Below are positions 24,455-32,000 of a DNA stretch of 32,000 nt, piece by piece. Position numbers and translations under genes: made by a program. The notes under the pieces were generated by a model. The model was given only the letters and a program-made list of their open reading frames with translations, ran no database searches and had not been told where the DNA came from. The stretch is from Candidatus Saccharimonadota bacterium (GTDB lineage: Bacteria > Bacillota_I > Bacilli_A > Mycoplasmatales > Hepatoplasmataceae). Position 1 is the first letter of the stretch; each line of letters opens with the position of its first letter. The DNA lies in NCBI RefSeq assembly GCF_000582535.1, contig NZ_CP006932.1, positions 540,001 through 572,000 of the forward strand, given 5' to 3'.

Positions 24455-24928
24455 TTATTGATGTTTAATGTTATAAGATTGTAAATATTTTTGATCTAAT
24501 TTTGTGATAACTTGTCTTACTTTTTCACCTAAATATTTATTTAGTTTTTCTTCGTAAATTTCGTTTCCAAGTTCTTCTTTTTCTTTTTCAAAAACTTTTA
24601 CCTTATTTTTTAATTTTGATAATTTTTTACTTATTCTTTCGTAAGTTTCATTTTTATAATAATCACTAAAATCTTTATCTTTATTTTGGTCATAAATTCC
24701 AAAAAGAAAATCTATCTGATTTTTATTAATAAGAATTTCTGCAATAAGATGAATCATCTTTTCAATATTCTCAATTTGATCATTAATTTTACCTTCAATG
24801 AAAAGACGATCTATAATTCTTAAATCGTTTCTCATTTTAGGTCCGAAACTTTCTTCTGAAATAGGAGTTTCATTTATTTTTTTGTTATCCATTCGATTAA
24901 GTTCGTTTACCATTTCTCTGTTTTTCAT
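24455..24928 (-). CDS. Hypothetical 157-aa Lys/Glu-rich, probably all-helical protein
   Basis: Intact ORF ending at a true TAA. It has an AGAGG RBS and a TATAAT-like box upstream. No motif I can assign. It lies downstream of the DUF2075-like gene. Confidence 0.65.
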   Translation of the reverse strand: MKNREMVNELNRMDNKKINETPISEESFGPKMRNDLRIIDRLFIEGKINDQIENIEKMIHLIAEILINKNQIDFLFGIYDQNKDKDFSDYYKNETYERISKKLSKLKNKVKVFEKEKEELGNEIYEEKLNKYLGEKVRQVITKLDQKYLQSYNIKHQ

Positions 24929-25084
24929 GTTAACCTCTAAAATCTTCTGTTCATTAACATTTGTAAGATTATAAATATACTATATTTATACTAAATAATA
25001 GAAAATTTATATTTATATATTTTAAAAATAAAAATAAAAATATCCCATTTTTCTTAATTTTGCATTTTATTTGCATAAATAAAT

Positions 25085-26824
25085 TTATTTTTGAAAAATT
25101 TTTTCCGTCTTATAATTAAATAATTTTAAAAAAAATATATTTTTGTATTTTAATAAAAATTCTAAAACAAATTTATTTTCAACATATATATTTAATCTTT
25201 TTGAAGTTCTTGTTATATTGATATACATTTCTCTTCAATTTTTAATATTTTCCTTTTGAATTTTTTTAAAATCAGAATAATTATTTTCTTTATTTACAAA
25301 AAGGATTCTATTATTATCAATTTCATCATCTTTATAATTTTTGAAAATTTTATTTAACTCATTTGAAAGAAATATATTTGAATCAAAAATAATGTTTACG
25401 CTTTCATACTCTTTCCCAAGATTTAAACGAGTTAAATCAATATTAACTTTATCTTCATTTAATAAATTTGTCTCTTGTAAATATGTAATTAATGTAGAAT
25501 CTGCTTTTTGTTTATATTTATCTAAAAATCCAGGATTATATAAGTAAAAATTTAAATTTTCATAAAAGTAAATTAATTCTTCAAAATCAAATTTAATATT
25601 ATTTTGATCTTTTATAAATGATTTAACATTTATTAATTTCGCTAATTTTTCTTCTGTTATTTTCAATAAATTTCAAAAATGAAGGAATAATTTATTTGTT
25701 CTTATGGAATTTTTTAATTTGCAATCCTTAAAAGAAAGTGAACTTTTTATATTTTCAATTATTTCATCAATATCTTCATTTGAATTATTTCCTAACAATT
25801 GATTTTCACTTAAAAATAAAATAATTTTAATATTTTTATTTTTTTTCATCATTTTTTTCAAATTTTCAAATTGTTTCTTTTCAATTCTTTGAAATTCATC
25901 TATAAAAATAAATTCAATATTATTTATTAAATCATATCTAGGGTTTCATTCATTTAATATTTTTTTAGGATATCCTAAAATATCTTTACCTTGATAAATT
26001 TCTGGTAAATTTTCTTTATTTCAATTTTCATGAAAATCATACAATTTTGAACCCAAAAAAACAATTTTAGATTTTTTAAATTCCTTTTCTTTTGCTAAAT
26101 GATGAAGAATCAAAGATTTTCCTGTTCCGGGATCTCCTTTTATAAGTATTCATTTTTTATTTTCTTTAATTCAATTTTTAATTTTACAAATTGCACATTT
26201 TTGAGATTCATTTAATAAATAATTCCCATTATTAAAATTTTCAAAATCATCAAATAAATTTATTTTTGAATAGATGTAATTATATTTTAATCATTTATTA
26301 TCTTCCGAATTAGATTCTAAATTTAAAATTTCTTTTAAAAATTTATTTTTTTCAATTTTTTTTAAATTACCATCAGATAAAAAATAATAAGAATTTTCAT
26401 TATCATTTTTATTGTATAAAATTCCATAAATAATTAATTTTTTATTTTGCTTATTTGATATTTTTTTTAAATGGTTATTTTTATTAATTAATTGTGATTT
26501 TAATTTTTTTTTTACCTCTTTTTTATTTTCTTTATTAAAATTTTTAATTTCAATATCTAATATTTCATGTTCCCCATATTTAAAAAAATCAAATTCTTGA
26601 TTTAAATAAATATCATTAAAACATAACATTACTTCTTTATAAAAATATTCTTTTTTTTCTTCTAAATCATTAAAAGAATTAATATCTTCTAAAAACTTTT
26701 TAATAGAATCAATTTCTTCTAAATTTATTCCATTGTCACTAAAATATATTTCTTCCATTTTCATTTTTTGATTAAAAATAGATAAATTGTCCCGCTCTAC
26801 TGAATATATTTCTTTTAAATTCAT
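25085..26824 (-). CDS. DUF2075 / SF1-helicase-like P-loop NTPase with an uncharacterised N-terminal domain (579 aa)
   Basis: Translated codon by codon. Fragments 26291-26824, 25862-26290 (untracked), 25673-25861 and 25235-25666 form one frame joined by TGA codons, ending at TAA 25085-25087. Walker A is GDPGTGKS (26114-26137) and the Walker B-like motif is FIFIDEFQR (25886-25912). These are followed by LKNSIRTNKLFLHFW and GKEYESVNIIFD, which match the DUF2075 motif order. The N-terminal part contains LDIEIKN (26540-26560). Confidence 0.6.
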
Positions 26825-26936
26825 TATTTTTATATAAATTTAGTATTAAATTTATTAATATTTTAATTAGTTTAATATAAAATTATTCTCTCCTTTTTAT
26901 TAATTAGTTCTTATTTTTAATTTTATTATTGATTAT

Positions 26937-26964
26937 TAATATTTTTAAATATTTAAAAATATTA
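26937..26964. promoter_or_regulatory. Perfect 28-bp palindrome TAATATTTTTAAATATTTAAAAATATTA
   Basis: The sequence is its own reverse complement. It lies about 115 nt upstream of the DUF2075-like gene start and is a candidate operator, although pure-AT palindromes are more likely by chance here. Confidence 0.3.
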
Positions 26965-27036
26965 TAATTACTTTAAGGTAATATAAGTACGTTTAAAAAT
27001 TGTTAATCAGAACTGTTCATATTGCTTTAACAAAAA

Positions 27037-27054
27037 GGGAACTGTATAGTTCCC
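27037..27054. terminator. Bidirectional terminator hairpin after the ROK kinase gene
   Basis: GGGAACT-GTAT-AGTTCCC is flanked by A5 and T7. Confidence 0.8.
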
Positions 27055-27082
27055 TTTTTTTATAAAATAAATTTAAATTTAA

Positions 27083-28072
27083 TTATTTTTGATCTTTTAA
27101 AAGAATTGCTGAATAACAAGCTCCGTATAATCCTGCATCATTTCCTACATTACATAATTCAATTCTTGTTGTTTCTCTTATAAAATCATGGGTAAATCTT
27201 TTATATACTGGTTGCAAATATTCTAATAAAGTATCATTATCATGTGCTAAACCACCACCAAGAATAATTGTTTCTGGATTAAGAATCATTGCAATAGTAG
27301 CAAGAACTCTTCCTCCATATTCAGAAAATTCTTGTGCAGATTTAACTGCTAATGAATCTTTTTTTCGTACAGCATCTCAAATCTTTTTTCCATTTATTTC
27401 TTGACCATCAAGAATTGATTTTACTTGAGGATTATTCTTTTTAATATCATTATAAATATTTATAATACCAGTTGCTGAAAAAAGTGGTTCAGCACATTCA
27501 GGTAATCCACAAGTACATTGAAATCTTGTTTTAAAACCTTGAATTGGAATATGGCCAATTTCACCAGCCGTTCCCCCTGAACCTTGATATAATTTTCCAT
27601 TAATTACAACACCAGCCCCAAGACCAGTTCCTAAAGTAAGGAAAACAAAATTATCAACATCTCGTGCTTTTCCAATAAATTTCTCCCCTAGAGCAGCCAT
27701 ATCACAATCATTATGTACAGCTATTGGTAAATCATTTCATCATTTCTTAAGATCTTTTTTTACATCGTAATTTTTTCATCCAATATTTCCGGAAAACTTA
27801 ACAGTTCCATCAAGTGCAGGAAAACCGGGAATTCCAATTCCCATTGCAATTGCTTTTTTCCCATCATATTTAGGACCTTTTAATTTATCTTTAAATTCTT
27901 TTGTTATTTCTTCTGGAATATATTTTCCTTTATCACTTAAATTAGTTTTTATTTTTCATCGATCAAGCATCAATCCTGATCTAGTAATAATAGCTAATTT
28001 AATAAAAGTCCCACCAATATCAACGGCAAGTAAAAGATCTTTTTTATTATATTTATCTTTTATCTTAATCAT
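27083..28072 (-). CDS. ROK-family sugar kinase (glucokinase-like)
   Basis: ATG at 28072 (MIKIKDKYNKKDLLLAVDIGGTFIK...). Fragments 27377-27700 and 27083-27289 share the frame (329 aa). ROK signatures are present: LGTGLGAGVVINGKLYQGSGGTAGEIGH and the CxCGxxxC zinc motif (CTCGLPEC). Its start overlaps the lacB stop by 8 nt. Confidence 0.85.
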
Positions 28073-28559
28073 GATATTTTCCTTCATCTCAATCTTTTAA
28101 TTCTTTTGCAAAAGAAACTTCTTTATATTCTTTTACAATTGAATCTAGATATTCAACAACTTTACGATCTCCTCTAAATTTAGTTCTAATAAAAATATCA
28201 ATCGCCTCTTCGATTATCCCTAATCCTGTTATTTTGCCACCAAAAGCAATAATATTTGCATCGTATTGTTTACGTGCAAATCTTGCTTGTGTTAAATCCC
28301 TTACAAGAGCAACTCTTGCTCCTTTTACTTTTTGTGCAGAATTTGAAATTCCAACTCCTGTACCACAAATAATTACAGCTATATCAGCTTTTTTATTTAC
28401 AACTAATTCTGCTGCATTTTGTCCAAAAATTGGATAATGCGTTCTTACGAAGTCATATGTTCCAACATCAATTACTTGATGTCCATCTTTTGTTAATTTT
28501 TCTTTTAATTTGTCTTTAATATCAGTTACGATATGATCACAACCTAATGCTATCTTCAT
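28065..28559 (-). CDS. lacB: Galactose-6-phosphate isomerase subunit LacB (RpiB/LacA/LacB family)
   Basis: MKIALGCDHIVTD, VIDVGTYDFVRTHYPIFG and ICGTGVGI are near-identical to the staphylococcal/lactococcal LacB blocks as I recall them. Reading through TGA at 28089 adds W-DEGKYHD, matching the conserved LacB C-terminus WDRGEYHD (164 aa). Confidence 0.85.
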
Positions 28560-28579
28560 AAATTTTCCTTCTATTATCT

Positions 28580-29014
28580 TTACGCTAATTTATTGAGCAT
28601 ATCTATTCTTATCATATGTCTTCCAGCCGCAAATTTTGTTTCTAAAAAGAGTCTCGCAATTTCTTTTGCAAGATAAATACTTGTAATATTCGCCCCTAGT
28701 GCAATCCCCATTGCATTATTATGTTCTCTAGTCATATGTGCTGAATGTTCATCAGCACATTGTGCTACGATCATTTTTTTTACTTTTGCAGAAGCTGCAA
28801 AACCAAGACCACCAGATTCATCAATTGTAATCAATCGGTCTTCTCCATTTTTTTCTACTATTTTTCTGCTTATCTCTGTTACTTTTTTTAAGTAAGCAAG
28901 TTCATCTTCAAATAGAAAGATTTCAACATCTTTTCTTAATCTTTTTTCTAAATAGTTTTTCAGATTATTAGAATAACCTTGAAATCTATCTTTACTTACA
29001 ATAAAAATCTTCAT
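28580..29014 (-). CDS. lacA: Galactose-6-phosphate isomerase subunit LacA-like
   Basis: Intact 144-aa ORF. EHSAHMTREHNNA and the C-terminal GRHMIRIDMLNKLA match LacA (DERSGYMTRGHNN ... GRHQIRVDMLNKM). Confidence 0.8.
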   Translation of the reverse strand: MKIFIVSKDRFQGYSNNLKNYLEKRLRKDVEIFLFEDELAYLKKVTEISRKIVEKNGEDRLITIDESGGLGFAASAKVKKMIVAQCADEHSAHMTREHNNAMGIALGANITSIYLAKEIARLFLETKFAAGRHMIRIDMLNKLA

Positions 29015-29022
29015 AATTTTCC

Positions 29023-30102
29023 TTAATTTGTTGCTTTTGCTTGTTTTACTTGTTTTGCTGATTTTTTGTTCATTGTAAATCAGTAATATAAAGGTAATAA
29101 ATTAGAAATAAATAATAAGATACTTTGAATTGATAATATCAAGTTTCCTGATTCAAAATAAACTACCATTTGTGCAATCATTGCAACTTCAAATGAAATT
29201 CAAGCTCAGTATGTTTTTTTAGTAAGAAGAATTAATCCAACTACTTGGAAAATTCCTACTACCATATCTCAATAAGGAGCAACATCATATACTACACCCG
29301 ATTCGATCGTATAACTATATGTTATTTGTCCAAATTCATTACTTATTTGAGTGTAATTATCAAGTGTTGTATCAGGATTTGTTGCATAACTATAAAATGT
29401 TTTAGTATCTGTAAAAATTACAGGTGTAATTAATAATAAAGAAAAAACAACAAAAACTGCAGCAATTGCAAGACAAATTCCTCATCATTTATAATTCATT
29501 TGTGATAAATATGGATTTAGATCTACTTTTTGATCTTGTTTTTCTCATTCAAAATAACGTCACTGTCCAAGAACAAGTCCAATTATTTGTGAAATAGCAA
29601 TTCATCATGCTCCATAAACAACATCAACAATTAAAAATGAAGTCATAGAAATTTGATTTCATCAAATAAATCTTTTTGAAAATTTAATTAAAAAGATATT
29701 TGCCATAAATTGACAAACAGATGCAATTAATGATAAAAATAGTAAAAATCAGGAAATTATGTAAAATGCATTACTTTTAGAAAATCCATCTTCCGTAACT
29801 ATTCCATATTTTCCATTTATTGTTTTACCAAAAGCGGTTTGATTTGATGAATTATTACCAACACCAAATAAAATTATATTTACAACAGAGATAACTAATA
29901 AAATTCCAATAAATATAATCATTGTATATAAAGTGAAATCTTCTTGTGATCACTGTTTGGGTTTAAGAAATCTTGAAAAATCAATAAAGGAATCACGATG
30001 AGCAGCAGAAGTAATATCTTTTTGATCTGCTTTTTTAACTTCCGTTTTTTCTTTTGATTTTTCCTTATTTTCTTTTGAGGGGGGGGGTGAATTATTACTC
30101 AT
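29023..30102 (-). CDS. PnuC-family (nicotinamide riboside-type) transporter-like membrane protein with an N-terminal extension
   Basis: Absent from the track because it has many TGA codons. ATG at 30102, TAA at 29023-25 (359 aa). Two internal repeats fit the PnuC pattern: ...IFLIKFSKRFIWWNQISMTSFLIVDVVYGAWW...LGQWRYFEW and ...GLILLTKKTYWAWISFEVAMIAQMVVYFESGN...LLPLYYWF. The stop lies 8 nt before the lacA start. Confidence 0.55.
30079..30087 (-). repeat. G9/C9 homopolymer inside codons 6-8 (PPP) of the pnuC-like gene
   Basis: The plus strand reads tgagggggggggtga, so the coding strand is TCA-CCC-CCC-CCC-TCA (MSNNSPPPSKEN...). It is the only long G/C run in the window. Confidence 0.9.
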
Positions 30103-30250
30103 ATTGTATCTTCTTCCTCATTTATATTTATTTTTATTTAAATTTTTTTATAAAAATCCCCTTTTATATAATTCTTTATATTTACCTTTACAAATAAATA
30201 ATAATACTTTCTAAAATTATTGTTTTGTTTTTGTCTTAATTATTTTAAAT

Positions 30251-30262
30251 TTGTCTAGACAA
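30251..30262. promoter_or_regulatory. TTGTCTAGACAA palindrome, a GntR/HutC-type (dre-like) operator candidate
   Basis: Perfect 12-bp palindrome with the core GTCTAGAC, in the divergent pnuC-like/aldolase intergenic region. It lies 90 nt upstream of the aldolase ATG. Confidence 0.4.
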
Positions 30263-30351
30263 GTTAATTTTTAATATCAATTTTTAAGCAAAAAATAGTA
30301 TATTAAAAATAAAAAGATAATAAGATTTTTATTATTTTAAATGGAGAAAAA

Positions 30352-31209
30352 ATGCCACTTGTAAAAGGAAAAATTTTAATAAAAGATGCAATAAAAAGAA
30401 ATTATGCGATTCCTGCTTTTGGAATAGTAAATTTAGAAGGAGCTAAAGCAGCAATAGAAGCTGCAGAAGAATTAAATGCTCCAATCATTTTACAAACAAC
30501 AGAAGGAGGAATAAATTATGCTGGTCATGAAGAATTAGCAGCAATTGCAATTGCGAGTGCAAAAAAAGCAAAAGTTCCTGTTGCTGTTCATTTAGATCAT
30601 GGAAGAAATATTGAATATCATAAAAGATCATTAGAACTTGGATATACTTCCCTTATGATAGATGGTTCTACATTACCATTTGACGAAAATATTAAAATTA
30701 CAAATAAAGTAAAATCATTAATAAAAGATCAAGATATATCATTAGAAGCAGAACTTGGAATGATAGGCGGAAAAGAAGATGATATCGAAGAAGAAGCTGA
30801 TCATTTTACAAAAGTAGAAGATGCTATTAAATTTATTAATAATACCAATATTGATATGCTAGCTATTGCTTGTGGTACTAGTCACGGTTTTTATGTAAAA
30901 GAACCTAAAATAAATATCTCTTTAATTAAAGAGATATATGATAAAACAAAAAAACCACTAGTATTACATGGCGGAACAGGAGTTCCTTTAAATCAAATTA
31001 CTAAAGCTGTACAAGCAGGAATAAGAAAAGCTAATTTTGATAGCGAACTTAAAAAAGCAATTATCTGTGGAATATTAGAATATATGTATAAAAATCCTGA
31101 TGCTTTTGATCTTAGAAAGATCTTCCAAGAAGGAATTAATCAAGCAAAAGAAGTAGCAAAAAGTAAGATAAAAGCTGTACAAGCAGATGGAAAAAATTGA
31201 TTAAGATAA
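30352..31209 (+). CDS. Class II ketose-bisphosphate aldolase paralogue (GatY/KbaY/FbaA-type)
   Basis: A GGAG RBS precedes the ATG. Motifs: AIPAFGIVNLE, HLDHG, GTSHG, LVLHGGTG. The track stop at 31198-31200 is TGA; reading through gives ...GKNWLR-TAA at 31207-31209 (285 aa). Confidence 0.85.
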
Positions 31210-31421
31210 TGGATATATTTTGAAATATATTTTATCAAATTTTAATGTTTATATTCGCTTGTTGAATTATTTGATTTTTCTTTGAATCTAAAAATATTTT
31301 TTTAAAAGCAGGAGGAGTAATAATTTTATTAATTTTATTAGTATTATTTATTATAAGTATTTTAAATACATATTTTAATTTTGATATATTTAATTTAAGT
31401 TTAAATGCAAATTATAAATAA
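31209..31421 (+). CDS. Hypothetical small membrane protein (70 aa, 2 predicted TM helices)
   Basis: Its ATG overlaps the aldolase TAA (TAATG). It has 3 TGA codons. Translation: MDIFWNIFYQILMFIFACWIIWFFFESKNIFLKAGGVIILLILLVLFIISILNTYFNFDIFNLSLNANYK. Confidence 0.5.
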
Positions 31422-31564
31422 ATAATTAAATTAGTAAAATTTTATAATGACAAAAAATAGAAAAATCAAAAATTTTCAAGAAAATAGAACAAAAATAGAA
31501 AAAATATAAATATATAAATTTATTATGAAAAGCAAAATACATACTAATTACTTCTATACTATAA

Positions 31565-32000
31565 TTTGAAGAAAATATTAAAATTACAAATAAAGTAAAA
31601 TCATTAATAAAAGATCAAGATATATCATTAGAAGAATAACTTGGAATGATTGAGGAGAAAGAAAATAATAGAAGAAGAAGTTGATCATTTTGCAAAAGTA
31701 AAAGATGCTATTAATATTTATTAATATTATAAATATTGATATGTTAGTTATTCTTGTGGTAATTATTAACGGTTTTTATGTAAAACAACCAAAAATAAAT
31801 ATCTTTTTAATTAAAGAAATGTATGATAAAACAAAAAACCAATAGTATTATATAGGAGAAAAAGAGTTCCTTTAAATCAAATTAATAAAACTTTAAAAAT
31901 AAGAAGAAGAAAAGCCAATTTTGATAGTGAATTTAAAAAAAATTGCGGAATTTTAGAATATATGTATAAAAATCCTGATGCTTTTGATCTAAGAAAAATC
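31565..32000 (+). pseudogene. Decayed partial duplicate of the aldolase gene's 3-prime half (runs off the window)
   Basis: It aligns to 30679-31122 at an offset of about 886 bp. The first ~66 nt have a single mismatch. Beyond that there are substitutions and small indels, including an in-frame TAA at 31637-31639 (originally GAA) and frameshifts. Confidence 0.85.

Noticed and set aside
26825-26900. Strong AAAGGAGAG Shine-Dalgarno-like sequence about 70 nt upstream of the DUF2075-like gene start, considered as an alternative start or leader peptide.
   Set aside because: No usable start codon with an open frame follows it: the reading is ATA TTA AAC TAA. The in-frame region upstream of ATG 26824 hits TAA at 26840-26842.
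31447-31509. 20-codon ORF MTKNRKIKNFQENRTKIEKI and nearby AAAATAGAA triplet repeats.
   Set aside because: It is too short, has no RBS and is low-complexity Lys/Asn sequence. It is most likely non-coding spacer between the small membrane gene and the aldolase pseudogene.

Overview
This is a very AT-rich Mollicutes-type chromosome segment that uses translation table 4 (TGA = Trp). Almost every break in the standard-code ORF track falls on an in-frame TGA. Reading through them restores full-length cysS, uvrA, uvrB, metK, pyk, eno, fba, argS, gltX, lacB and others. About 90% of the coding sequence is on the minus strand, in tightly packed and often overlapping operons. In coordinate order the core genes are: rpmG, a sigH-like sigma factor, rlmB, cysS, tRNA-Cys, tuf, trmB, uvrA, uvrB, metK, a HIT protein, pyk, pfkA, eno, rpmE, fba, rpoE, argS, an HD phosphohydrolase and gltX. 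Accessory or unusual content is listed here, most interesting first. (1) An orphan two-gene module at 24455-26824 encodes a 579-aa DUF2075/SF1-helicase-like P-loop protein with an unrecognisable N-terminal domain carrying a nuclease-like motif, plus a 157-aa helical protein. It is bracketed by bidirectional terminators and I consider it the best candidate for an undescribed (possibly defence-type) system. (2) A DUF3800 gene lies directly downstream of tRNA-Cys and is followed by two copies of a ~120-bp structured element. (3) A pnuC-like/lacA/lacB/ROK-kinase operon lies divergent to a second class II ketose-bisphosphate aldolase. It carries a C9 homopolymer in the transporter's 5-prime end, a GTCTAGAC operator-like palindrome, and a decaying partial duplicate of the aldolase gene. 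(4) A plus-strand hypothetical gene appears broken at A-tracts. All calls come from manual translation and motif recognition only; no database search was run.
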